Source: Candidatus Sumerlaeota bacterium
GTDB taxonomy: Bacteria > Sumerlaeota > Sumerlaeia > SLMS01 > JAHLLQ01
Assembly (NCBI GenBank): GCA_030156535.1
Contig: JASGMJ010000005.1
Coordinates: 104,930 to 168,929 of the forward strand
Length of the DNA: 64,000 nucleotides
Direction: 5' to 3'
The position numbers and the translations under genes were made by a program. The notes beneath the pieces are model-generated. The model saw nothing but the letters and a program-made list of their open reading frames with translations. It had not been told where the DNA came from and searched no databases. Of this stretch, positions 50,101 to 61,952 are shown piece by piece (position 1 is the first letter of the stretch; each line of letters begins with the position of its first letter).

Positions 50101-50193
50101 TGGGCCACACGCGACATCATCATCGAGTTCGGGAAGGATGGAGAAGCCGCCGAGTCGCAACCCGGCGGCCAGCAGGAACAACCGGCGGAATAG
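47134..50193 (+). CDS. Large secreted ELWxxDGT-repeat protein
   Basis: Signal peptide and many ELW/LWxxDGTxxGT repeats. Confidence 0.9.
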   Translation: MPDRMSWAGQTLAAGMLAAAFGASAAAQPAGNAYLIKDFAPGPDPELRAASHGPLEGMAHRGKFYFEGSYTPTYDEGVGGTSIYPGMLVVSDGTTYGTLPLKTMDNLRFLGPLGDHVVFADSDFGAETGRRINVTDGSVKNTKELRLIRDAVEILPGMEAGGWYYFFALFEDGRTELWQTDGTVDGTRSAQALLPPGYTADASVPIAGWDASQLLLLAHDANGVGNLVLVNGGTQSARRIFSDNFLATFGAPDDFVVADGTILYRSGRRFFSSDGTETFTQIVGDLPLMEGASEEIRLIPADTRFFLLTNFTSSFYEVWSTDGSPGSLGLARRLDWSWSGAPTIGETATWNDKLYFTESGLPSSSGSERRGKLWVSDGTTLGTFELWAQLREIDGLLATTRGVIFGVDQSAGPPGLYITQGVAGETENLRPGYWRPLAETDSDGVPGGERLFLTGKQFTDTTYGRELWVSDWTDYGWYLPKDLSASGRTSVAFNPLGAFGRYVFFNDGYQGHVWITDGTEAGTQPIGSILGDFYINMAGDLDIVAEELQAILHGDLLIIYVRGIMCTNDECCGDGPDEDQSLLDFLNDLLEDDECKDAMKYVTSVWRTDGTLAGTYSTGVIENEWLWFPTTFNHRIMLYAQAFIDHDTEPPTIYPPGLWASTGTRATTSEVRTFPCNAENVADKGVSPFGTVLGEACSAEFIPLGNTSSHFFFSLREPIYENDPTQDRQLWVSDTTATGTFPLVPLLTADGISETIHLTGATYQDKFFFSPTIMPPVGSGSVPLVEGELWETNGTMAGTQRMTVVQWEGQDQAIRNLTKAGNYLFFTGNGGELWVSDGTDLFTLPMTYITGRESVHADALLGEVNGRLVFSSDGNLWSTDGTKFGTMRLPDAVRGPETAPIQEFTPIKDKPFAMFSSGTAATGLEMWYTDATASGTYPVFEMTPGPYSSHPRSYVGALGNVYFQASTPEGGNELWQLSTSQIKKPASSGWATRDIIIEFGKDGEAAESQPGGQQEQPAE

Positions 50194-50202
50194 CCGCCTC
50201 TG

Positions 50203-51195
50203 CTACAGTCCCGGCACGGGCGGACGCGTGCGTGGATTCTCGTCGTCGCGCTCGGGCGGTGGTGGCGCCGTGCGCTGGCGGGGAGCCGACGCGGGCATCG
50301 CCGGTCCCGCACTACCAGCTTCCTCGCCGCCGCGTGCCACATAGTCGGACGCAATGTTGCCCAGCATGATGCTCGACCGAATCTGCTCGGAGAAGTCCCC
50401 GATGCTCCCGGGTGTGTGCGGAATCATCAGCGTGTTCGTCTTCGACTGACCGCCAATTTCCTTCAGCGTGTCGAAATACTGCGTCATGATGACGATCTGC
50501 ATGACCTCTGCGGCGGACGTGCCGGGAACGGACTTCTGGAATTCCTCGACGCTCTGGCGCAGGCCATCGACGATCGCCTTGCGCTGGCCGGCGATCCCCT
50601 GGCCGCGCAGAATCGACGCCTGTGCCTCGGCCTCGGCCTGCTTGACGCGCAGAATCTTCTCGGCCTCGCCGCGCTCCTCCGACGCACGCCGGATGCGTTG
50701 CGCCGCGTTGATTTCGTTCATGGCCTGTTTGACCTTCGGGTCGGGGTCGATGTCGGTCACGAGCGACTTCACGATCTCGTAGCCGTACTGATTCATCGTC
50801 TCCGTCAACCCCTTGCGCACCGCGTCGGCGATGTCGTCCTTGTTGCGGAACACATCGTCGAGCTTCATCTTGGGCACCTGCGCGCGTACTTCGTCGTACA
50901 CGAAGGAGGTGATCTGGCGCTCGGGATAGGAAAGCTCGTAGAAGGCCTCGCGGATGCGCGAGACCATCACGGCGTACTGAACGGCCACGGTGACGTGGAC
51001 GAAAACGTCGTCGAGTGTCTTTGTCTCGATCTTGACGGGGATCTCCTGGATTTTCAGATCGATCCTGCCCGCGATTTTCTCAAACGGCATGATGATGTGA
51101 AAGCCCGGCGGGCAAATTCGGTTGAACCGCCCCAACCGCTCGACAACCGCAGCGGATTTTTCCTGGACGACGAGGGGAAAAGGCAGGGGAACCAT
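50203..51195 (-). CDS. SPFH/band 7 family protein
   Basis: 'VVERLGRF', 'ETKTLDDVFV', 'AMNEINAAQR', 'GQGIAGQR'. Confidence 0.93.
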   Translation of the reverse strand: MVPLPFPLVVQEKSAAVVERLGRFNRICPPGFHIIMPFEKIAGRIDLKIQEIPVKIETKTLDDVFVHVTVAVQYAVMVSRIREAFYELSYPERQITSFVYDEVRAQVPKMKLDDVFRNKDDIADAVRKGLTETMNQYGYEIVKSLVTDIDPDPKVKQAMNEINAAQRIRRASEERGEAEKILRVKQAEAEAQASILRGQGIAGQRKAIVDGLRQSVEEFQKSVPGTSAAEVMQIVIMTQYFDTLKEIGGQSKTNTLMIPHTPGSIGDFSEQIRSSIMLGNIASDYVARGGEEAGSAGPAMPASAPRQRTAPPPPERDDENPRTRPPVPGL

Positions 51196-51332
51196 GGGAA
51201 ACTCCTTGAATCGTGATGGCTGCAGGCTGGCACGTAAAAATGCAACGCGTCAATCAGACGCTCCTCCCTTGAGTACGCACCCCGCCCGCCGGTATTCATT
51301 CGCCCATCAGTTCCCGGCGGGAAGGAAAATCG

Positions 51333-52253
51333 ATGCCCGGATTCTTTAATGCACATTGCCATCTTGAGCTGGGCTTCCTGCGCGGAGCCATCCCGCCCTC
51401 CACGCCTTTCGTGGAATGGCTGGGCCAGATCGCCCGGCGCAAGCGCGCAGCACGCCCGGAAGACGCCCAGTCCGCCATCGCGGCCGGGCTGTTTGAGTTG
51501 CGCGAATCGGGGACGCAGGCGCTGCTCGACATCGACAGCATGCGGATCGCCCCCGACCTGATCCGGGCCGTGGAGATGCCCTGCCTTTCGTTCACCGAGA
51601 TCATTGCCTTCGACCCGGCCGAGGCCGTTGCCCGCCTGAACGAAACCGTTGCGTGGCAGAACGCGCAGCCCGCCCTCGCCGCCGGACAGGGCTTCGGACT
51701 CTCGCCCCACGCGCCATACACGACAACGCCCGAACTGCTCGCCACCGCCGCCCAAGCAGCCCGTGAAGCGGGGCAATGGCTGTGCATCCACGCGGCCGAA
51801 ACGCCGGAAGAGACGGAAATGCTGCTGCACGGGCGCGGTGCGCTGCACGATTTTCTGAACGACTTTGGCTCCTTGCCGCAGGGGTGGAAGCACCCGGGCA
51901 TGAGGCCCGTCGAGTACCTCGCCGCGTCTGGCGTTCTCGGGCCCCACACACTGCTCGCCCATTTGAACGAGGTGACGGACGAGGAGATCGCGTTGCTGGC
52001 GAAAACGCAAACGCGCGCGGTCGTCTGTCCCGGCACGCACGTGTATTTCGGACGCGGGGCCTTTCCATTGAAGCGCCTGCTCGACGCGGGCGTCGCGACA
52101 TATTTGGGGACGGACTCGCTCGCGAGCAACGAGTCGCTGAGCATGATGCGCGAAATCGATCTGGCCTGCGAACTCGAACCCGCATTGGAGCCGCGCCGCG
52201 TCGCCGCGCTCGCCGATGCCCAACGCGCGCGCGACTTCGGACTGACGCCCTAG
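51333..52253 (+). CDS. Metal-dependent amidohydrolase (aminofutalosine/MTA deaminase-like)
   Basis: 'PGFFNAHCHLE', 'SPHAPY', 'HAAE', 'LGTDSLASN'. Confidence 0.88.
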   Translation: MPGFFNAHCHLELGFLRGAIPPSTPFVEWLGQIARRKRAARPEDAQSAIAAGLFELRESGTQALLDIDSMRIAPDLIRAVEMPCLSFTEIIAFDPAEAVARLNETVAWQNAQPALAAGQGFGLSPHAPYTTTPELLATAAQAAREAGQWLCIHAAETPEETEMLLHGRGALHDFLNDFGSLPQGWKHPGMRPVEYLAASGVLGPHTLLAHLNEVTDEEIALLAKTQTRAVVCPGTHVYFGRGAFPLKRLLDAGVATYLGTDSLASNESLSMMREIDLACELEPALEPRRVAALADAQRARDFGLTP

Positions 52254-53257
52254 TCCTCCGCCGACAGCCACGCATTCATCCGCCCCGTCACGGTGAGCCA
52301 ATGGCGGCGAATCAGCCACGTCTCGAAGGGGAGCACGAGCGCGAACCAGACCGCATTGCCCGCCAACAGGTCCAGCCCCGGCGAACGCATCAGCGCAAAG
52401 TTCCACTCCGTCGGAAGCACCAGCACCAGCAGCATGTACGCCCAACTGCACGCAACGATGCCCGTGCCAGCCAGGACCATCCAGCCGAGAGCGCGGAACG
52501 TGGCAACCAGCGGGTCGCGGCGGAAGAGATACTCGCGCAGCGCGATCAACACGATCAGCGCAGCGTACAGGAAGTCCTCGATTACGGCAAAAAAGATGAT
52601 GGGAAGGGCTCCATTGAAGGAAAAGGCGGAAGGTGTTTTGCTCCGTCCCTGATTTTCTCCGGCTGGCGGTGAGGCATCGCCGGAGCGAATGCTTTCGCGT
52701 GGCTGAAGATCGTAAACGAGGTTCCCGTCCTCGTCGTAAACGAGCGGAACATTGAAAGGGCTGTCCGGTTCGTCCGGAGCCGTCAGGCGCCCATCAGTGC
52801 GGATGGCGACCTGGAAGACCGGGTCCATGACCATGGGGCCGTAGATCACCCACAACGCAAACAGGTTGAGGAAGAAGAGCACGAGGAACGGCACGGCTGC
52901 CTTGCCGATGACGATCTGGCGCGGCGTCAGTGGTGTAACGGCGTGCTCGTCACGGGCACCGGGCTTCTGGAGCATCAGAGCCGCCCGGTACACCAGGAAG
53001 AACCCGACGATCAGGTCGGGACGGAAGACCATCCCGAGCATGTCGAAGACGATCGCCTGCGTCGTTGTCAGAAAAGTTGTGGGAGGCGTGAGGCCCATCG
53101 AGGCGAGAACCCCGGGCGACGAACGCAGAAGCAGCGTCAGCGGAACCCACGCGACGAGAACCAGCAGCACCCACGCCCACCAGCGGCGGCGGAAGCGGCG
53201 CGTCTCGCGCTGGAGCACGGGGTTCTCGCGAAACACCAGATTGCCGCTGGCCGCCAT
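52250..53257 (-). CDS. Membrane protein, ABC-2 permease-like
   Basis: 'NPVLQRE.RR', 'VTPLTPRQIVIGK', multiple TMs. Confidence 0.6.
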   Translation of the reverse strand: MAASGNLVFRENPVLQRETRRFRRRWWAWVLLVLVAWVPLTLLLRSSPGVLASMGLTPPTTFLTTTQAIVFDMLGMVFRPDLIVGFFLVYRAALMLQKPGARDEHAVTPLTPRQIVIGKAAVPFLVLFFLNLFALWVIYGPMVMDPVFQVAIRTDGRLTAPDEPDSPFNVPLVYDEDGNLVYDLQPRESIRSGDASPPAGENQGRSKTPSAFSFNGALPIIFFAVIEDFLYAALIVLIALREYLFRRDPLVATFRALGWMVLAGTGIVACSWAYMLLVLVLPTEWNFALMRSPGLDLLAGNAVWFALVLPFETWLIRRHWLTVTGRMNAWLSAED

Positions 53258-53264
53258 CAGGACC

Positions 53265-54164
53265 TCACTCTTCGCCGCCGCTCAGCAGGCGCGTGCATCG
53301 CCACCAGAGGAGCAGACTCAGGGCCAGTTTGGGCGCCCCGCTCACCACGTAGGTCCACAACGCGCGAATGTAGGGAATGGCGCCGCGCAGACTCCGGTCG
53401 AGTTCCTGCGCCCCCGCGTCGTCGTACCACACCAGCAGCTTGGCGAGCGCATCGGGAAACCGCTGGGCGAAGGCCGCCCAGCTCGTGGCAGGCCGCGCCA
53501 GCCATTCCTGCACGCTCCCCGCACCGAGAAACAGGACCGCGTGCCCGCTCTGGATCAGCAGGACGCCGACCAGCACGGGCACCAGCGCCACCAGCCGTGC
53601 CCTCCCCCGCAGTCCGAAGTACAGCGCGACAAAGCAGATCAGCACGCCATTGAGCGAACCCTCGAAGAGAATCGCCAGAATCTGCCAGTACGGATGAACC
53701 TGGCGCAGATCGGGGGTCAGTTGAAAGTGGTACTGGATCAGCCTCGGCGAGAGCACCAGACCCGTGTACCCGACGAGAATCAGCGCGCCCGCAAGAAAGG
53801 GCACGGCAATGATGCCCCAGAGGAACTCGCCCGGCGTCAGGAACGTCGTGCGGAACGGGCGGTAGAGCCCGCCGTCGCGGAAACTCACGAGCGCCCGCCA
53901 CACCATCATCAGGGGGAGCAGCGTGCTGGGGCGCACGACGAGCTGGATCATCAGCTCCAGGTACTGCAACCAGGCGTTCGCCGGGTTGATGCTGCCGGGC
54001 AGCAGGCCGATGCGAATCAGCCAGGGAACCGCGCCGCCCTTGTTGAAATGCAGGTAGCAGATTCCACCCAGAGCCACGGCCACCATGCCGAGATACAGCA
54101 CCGGCCGCGCCCGCCAGCGGCGAAATTCCGCCCAGACGATCGGGTTGAAAACGCGTCCGGCCAC
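53265..54164 (-). CDS. Membrane protein, ABC-2 permease-like paralogue
   Basis: 'NPIVWAEFRR', 'TTFLTPGEFLWG'; GTG start chosen by analogy to its neighbour. Confidence 0.55.
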   Translation of the reverse strand: MAGRVFNPIVWAEFRRWRARPVLYLGMVAVALGGICYLHFNKGGAVPWLIRIGLLPGSINPANAWLQYLELMIQLVVRPSTLLPLMMVWRALVSFRDGGLYRPFRTTFLTPGEFLWGIIAVPFLAGALILVGYTGLVLSPRLIQYHFQLTPDLRQVHPYWQILAILFEGSLNGVLICFVALYFGLRGRARLVALVPVLVGVLLIQSGHAVLFLGAGSVQEWLARPATSWAAFAQRFPDALAKLLVWYDDAGAQELDRSLRGAIPYIRALWTYVVSGAPKLALSLLLWWRCTRLLSGGEE

Positions 54165-54276
54165 ACCGGGCGAAAGAATCAGGCTTTCATCGATGAGAGG
54201 GGTGCCATAGAACTCGCTGCCATCGTCGGCTGCAGAGCGATTCCGCCCTGCCGAATCTTCTCCCCGAGGAACTCCT

Positions 54277-54930
54277 ATGGCATCGCGCGGCGTGGTCATC
54301 TTCGATCTGGACGGAACCCTGGTGGATGCGTTTGGCGACATCCGCGCGGCTCTGAATCATGCACTGGCAGAGCAGGGGTTGCCGCTTCACTCCATGCAAG
54401 CGGTGCGGGGCTTCGTTGGCAACGGGCTTTCCCAACTCGTGCGCCGCGCCGTCCCCCCCGCCCACGCGGCGCTCTGCCCCGCCGTGGAGGAAAGCCTGCG
54501 CGCTTACTACGCCGCCCATCCCGCCGACCATGCCAGCGTGTACGACGGAATGCGCGAGGCCGTCGTCACCCTGCGCGCCGAAGGCTTTTCGACCGCCATC
54601 CTGAGTAACAAGGCAGACGACCTCGTGCAGGCGATCACCAAGCGCCTGGAGCTGAATCCGCTCTTCGATGCGATTTGCGGCGAGCGCCCCGGCGTCCCCC
54701 TCAAGCCCGATCCCGAAGCCGTGCGCCCGCTCCTGCGCGCGTTCGACACCCAGCGCGGTGTTTTCGTGGGCGATGGCGTTCCCGATGGCGAAGTGGCGCG
54801 CAACGCGGGCCTGCCGTTCGTCGGAGTGACATGGGGGCTGGGGACGGAGGAGGAACTCGAACGCTTTGGCCGAATTGCCCTCACGGGCGGAGAGGTGGCC
54901 AAACTGGTGCTGGAATACATGGGGAAGTGA
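54277..54930 (+). CDS. HAD-family hydrolase, phosphoglycolate phosphatase-like
   Basis: 'FDLDGTL', 'SNK', 'KPDP', 'VGD...D'. Confidence 0.92.
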   Translation: MASRGVVIFDLDGTLVDAFGDIRAALNHALAEQGLPLHSMQAVRGFVGNGLSQLVRRAVPPAHAALCPAVEESLRAYYAAHPADHASVYDGMREAVVTLRAEGFSTAILSNKADDLVQAITKRLELNPLFDAICGERPGVPLKPDPEAVRPLLRAFDTQRGVFVGDGVPDGEVARNAGLPFVGVTWGLGTEEELERFGRIALTGGEVAKLVLEYMGK

Positions 54931-55069
54931 GAGGGCCGTGGGACTCCAAACTTTTTATCCCTAATTGCGCATGGCTGAACATTTCCTTGTCGCCAAGCGC
55001 ACGAGAGGTTAGCCATTTGTCAAACAGCAGCAAAGGGCCAAGACGATCGCGCAGTGATGGGCGGAAGGC

Positions 55070-58891
<3,822 letters not shown>

Positions 58892-59246
58892 GAGCCGCGC
58901 ACCCGTAGCAGCCGGCCGCCCCGGCGAAGAAAAAGCATAGCGCAATAAAAAAGAAACGGGCACCGATCCTCCGCCGCTCGGGCCCATGGAGGACAGGTGC
59001 AGACGCACTGCGAAATCCAGTCATCCCCATCCTCCCCCATGCCCAACGCCTCAATTCGGACAAGACAACTCTTGACCCCGGATTAAGCCGAGGGCAGACA
59101 AAACGCCAATTGCGGAGCCCTAAGTCTGACTTATCCGTTTTCGGCATATTTAAGTATCGGTTTATTGCCATAATAGGCTGAAAAGCGGTGCCCAAAGAGT
59201 TTCACAAGGTTCCGCCAAACCAGCCCCTTCTGGAGGCCCCTCTCCC

Positions 59247-60356
59247 GTGTTTCCGGCTGTCGACCCCATTCCTCTCCCAGCGCCCGTCTGGCTGTTCAGA
59301 GTTCTCCACGTCACGACTTTGGCGCTCCACTTCCTCTCTCTGCATCTTCTGGTCGGCGGCCTGCTCATGGCGTCGATCTGGACGTTGATGGCGCGTGGCG
59401 GCCGTAACGCGCCGATGCGCGATGCTGCCGGCGCCGTGGCCAACCGCCTGCCGATCATCATGACGTTTGTCATCAATCTGGGCGTGCCGCCGCTGCTGTT
59501 TACGCAGGTGCTGTACGGCCGGGCCCTGTATACGAGCAGCGTGCTGATCGGCGCATGGTGGATCGCGGTGATCGGGCTGCTGATGGCGGCGTACACGCTG
59601 CTGTATGTGGCCAACGCGCGCTCCACCAGGGGGAAGGGCTGGGGCTGGATCGGGCTGGTGGCGCTCCTGCTGATTTTCAAGATCGCGTTCATCTATTCCT
59701 CGAACATGACGCTGATGCTGCGCCCCGAGGTCTGGCCCGCCATGTATCAGGACAATCCGTCGGGGGTGCAGTTCAACAGCGGCGATCCGACTGTGATGCC
59801 GCGCCTGATCTTCATGCTGGCGGGGTCGCTGGCAGTGGGTGGCGTGGGGATGATGTTTCTGGGGCTGAAGAAGTTTCTGGCGGCGGAGACGACGCTGTTT
59901 CTGCGGCGCTGGGGTGCCCGGTTGGCGGCCATCGGAATCGTGGCGCAGGCGGGTGCGGGTTTTTGGGTGATGAGCACCCAGCCCGAGGCCGTGCGCGAGG
60001 GCCTGGCGGCCAGCAGTGTGTACTCGGGGTGCCTGATCGCATGGGGCGCGACGGCGGTGCTGCTGCTGGGCGTGGGCGTGGTGGCCCAGTTGAAGGCGTC
60101 GGCGCCCGGCTGGCTGATGCCCTCGGTGGCGGGTCTTCTGGCGTTCGTAAACGTGGCCGCGATGACGCTCTTCCGCGATGGTATCCGCGAGGTAACTCTC
60201 GGGCTTCATGGCTTCGACGTGTGGGATCGCGCAGTCGCGACCAACTGGATCGTCGTGGGCGTGTTCCTTGTTTTGTTCGTGGCGGGGTTGGGAGTCATTT
60301 TCTGGCTGGGCAGCGTCGTGGCCCGGGCCAAGGGAGTTGAGGAAAGGTATGCCTGA
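59247..60356 (+). CDS. Multi-TM protein, divergent CydA-like (CydA') subunit
   Basis: 'LHFLSLHLLVGG', 'INLGVPPLLFTQVLYG', 'RDGIRE'; first gene of the Rieske operon. Confidence 0.6.
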   Translation: MFPAVDPIPLPAPVWLFRVLHVTTLALHFLSLHLLVGGLLMASIWTLMARGGRNAPMRDAAGAVANRLPIIMTFVINLGVPPLLFTQVLYGRALYTSSVLIGAWWIAVIGLLMAAYTLLYVANARSTRGKGWGWIGLVALLLIFKIAFIYSSNMTLMLRPEVWPAMYQDNPSGVQFNSGDPTVMPRLIFMLAGSLAVGGVGMMFLGLKKFLAAETTLFLRRWGARLAAIGIVAQAGAGFWVMSTQPEAVREGLAASSVYSGCLIAWGATAVLLLGVGVVAQLKASAPGWLMPSVAGLLAFVNVAAMTLFRDGIREVTLGLHGFDVWDRAVATNWIVVGVFLVLFVAGLGVIFWLGSVVARAKGVEERYA

Positions 60357-60840
60357 CTCGGTGTTTGATGACGGTCTGACCCCCGCAGAGGAGAACGACG
60401 ACGGCCTCGTGTCGCGGCGCTCGTTCATCAAGGTGGTGGGCGGCTGCGTGGGAGCTGCTTATGCCGGAGCAATCGGGTACCCGGTGTATCGCTACCTGGC
60501 GACTCCGGTGACGCGGGCAGCGGCCGCCACTGCCGTCACGGAAGTCGAGCTCGACGCCACTGAACTCGAACCGGGCTCCGTGCTCATGTTCAGGTTCGGC
60601 ACGTCTCCCGGTATCCTGATCCACCACAAGGACGGCTCGTGGGTAGCGTTCAGCGCGGTGTGCACGCATCTGGGCTGCACGGTGCAGTACGAACTGGACA
60701 ACGATCGAATTTTCTGCGCTTGCCATGGCGGGGTCTACGATCCCCACACGGGCGATGCCGTTTCCGGTCCCCCGCCGAAGGGGCTTACTGTATTCCGAGT
60801 GGAGGTCGGCGATGCAAAAGTCATCGTGTCCCGTTCGTAA
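60349..60840 (+). CDS. Rieske 2Fe-2S protein
   Basis: Tat motif SRRSFIK; CTHLGC and CACHGG. Confidence 0.95.
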   Translation: MPDSVFDDGLTPAEENDDGLVSRRSFIKVVGGCVGAAYAGAIGYPVYRYLATPVTRAAAATAVTEVELDATELEPGSVLMFRFGTSPGILIHHKDGSWVAFSAVCTHLGCTVQYELDNDRIFCACHGGVYDPHTGDAVSGPPPKGLTVFRVEVGDAKVIVSRS

Positions 60841-61915
60841 CCGCTATGCCACTGCGGTGTGGAACTATGCGGACGAGCGCCTGGGCCTGTCGGAGCTTCT
60901 GGCCTTCGCGGGCAAGAAGCAGGTCCCCCAGCACAAGCACTCGTTCTGGTACTACTGGGGCGGCATTTCGCTGTTCTTCTTTCTGGTGCAGTGCCTGACG
61001 GGCGTGCTGCTGCTCGTGTACTATCGTCCGGGCGCCGAGGCCTATGAATCCGTCCGCCAGATCACCTACGACATCGAGTTCGGCTGGCTGGTGCGTTCGG
61101 CGCATTCGTGGTCGGCGAACCTGATGGTGTTCGCCGTCTTCGTCCACATGTTCTCGGTGTTCCTGATGAAGGCGTACCGCAAGCCACGCGAGTTCGGCTG
61201 GTGGTCGGGGCTGGGCCTGCTGGGGCTGGCGATGGTGTTCGGATTCAGCGGCTACCTGCTGCCCATGGATGAGTTGGCGTACTTTGCGACGAAGGTCGGG
61301 CTGGAGATTCCGATGTCCACCCCGGTGATCGGCCCGTTCCTCGGGGATCTGATTCGCGGGGGCCCGGAAGTGGGCGAGCACACAGTGCAGCGTTTCTTCG
61401 CGCTTCACGTCGTGATCCTGCCCGCGCTGTTCGTTCCGCTGCTGATGTTCCATCTGTGGCTGGTGCAGCGTCACGGCAACGCCATTCCCCCGGGTGAGGA
61501 AGCCGTCCCCGCCGCGGAACGCGAGTCGATTCCCTTCTTCCCGAACTTCATGATGAAGGATGTCGCGATGTGGCTGATCGCGTTGAACGTGCTGGCGCTG
61601 CTGGCCTCGGTGTATCCGTGGCAACTGGGCCCGCCCGCCAACCCGATTGCTCCGGCGCCGCTCGGCATTCACCCCGAGTGGTATTTCATGAGCCAGTTCC
61701 AGTTGCTCAAGGTGCTCGGCAACTGGTTCCCGGGCATCACGGGCGAGATCCTGGGCATCGGACTTTTCACCATTGGCGGTATCGTGTGGGCAGTGATTCC
61801 GCTCTACGACAACGACAGCCGCAACGGCCGGCGCGGCCGCATCGCCACCTATATCGGGTTCGGCGCGATTGCCGGACTCATTGCCCTGACTGCCTGGGGG
61901 TACTGGGTACTCTGA
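60812..61915 (+). CDS. Cytochrome b of a Rieske/cyt b complex
   Basis: 'RSAHSWSAN..VHM', 'RFFALHV..FHL', PEWY motif. Confidence 0.95.
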   Translation: MQKSSCPVRNRYATAVWNYADERLGLSELLAFAGKKQVPQHKHSFWYYWGGISLFFFLVQCLTGVLLLVYYRPGAEAYESVRQITYDIEFGWLVRSAHSWSANLMVFAVFVHMFSVFLMKAYRKPREFGWWSGLGLLGLAMVFGFSGYLLPMDELAYFATKVGLEIPMSTPVIGPFLGDLIRGGPEVGEHTVQRFFALHVVILPALFVPLLMFHLWLVQRHGNAIPPGEEAVPAAERESIPFFPNFMMKDVAMWLIALNVLALLASVYPWQLGPPANPIAPAPLGIHPEWYFMSQFQLLKVLGNWFPGITGEILGIGLFTIGGIVWAVIPLYDNDSRNGRRGRIATYIGFGAIAGLIALTAWGYWVL

Positions 61916-61952
61916 CGCCCGGCGACCCTGACCTTCGAGGAGACGTTCTCGC

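Noticed and set aside
59190..59207. Rex/FNR operator upstream of the respiratory operon
   Set aside because: Only a TTCACAA half-site; no matching left arm.
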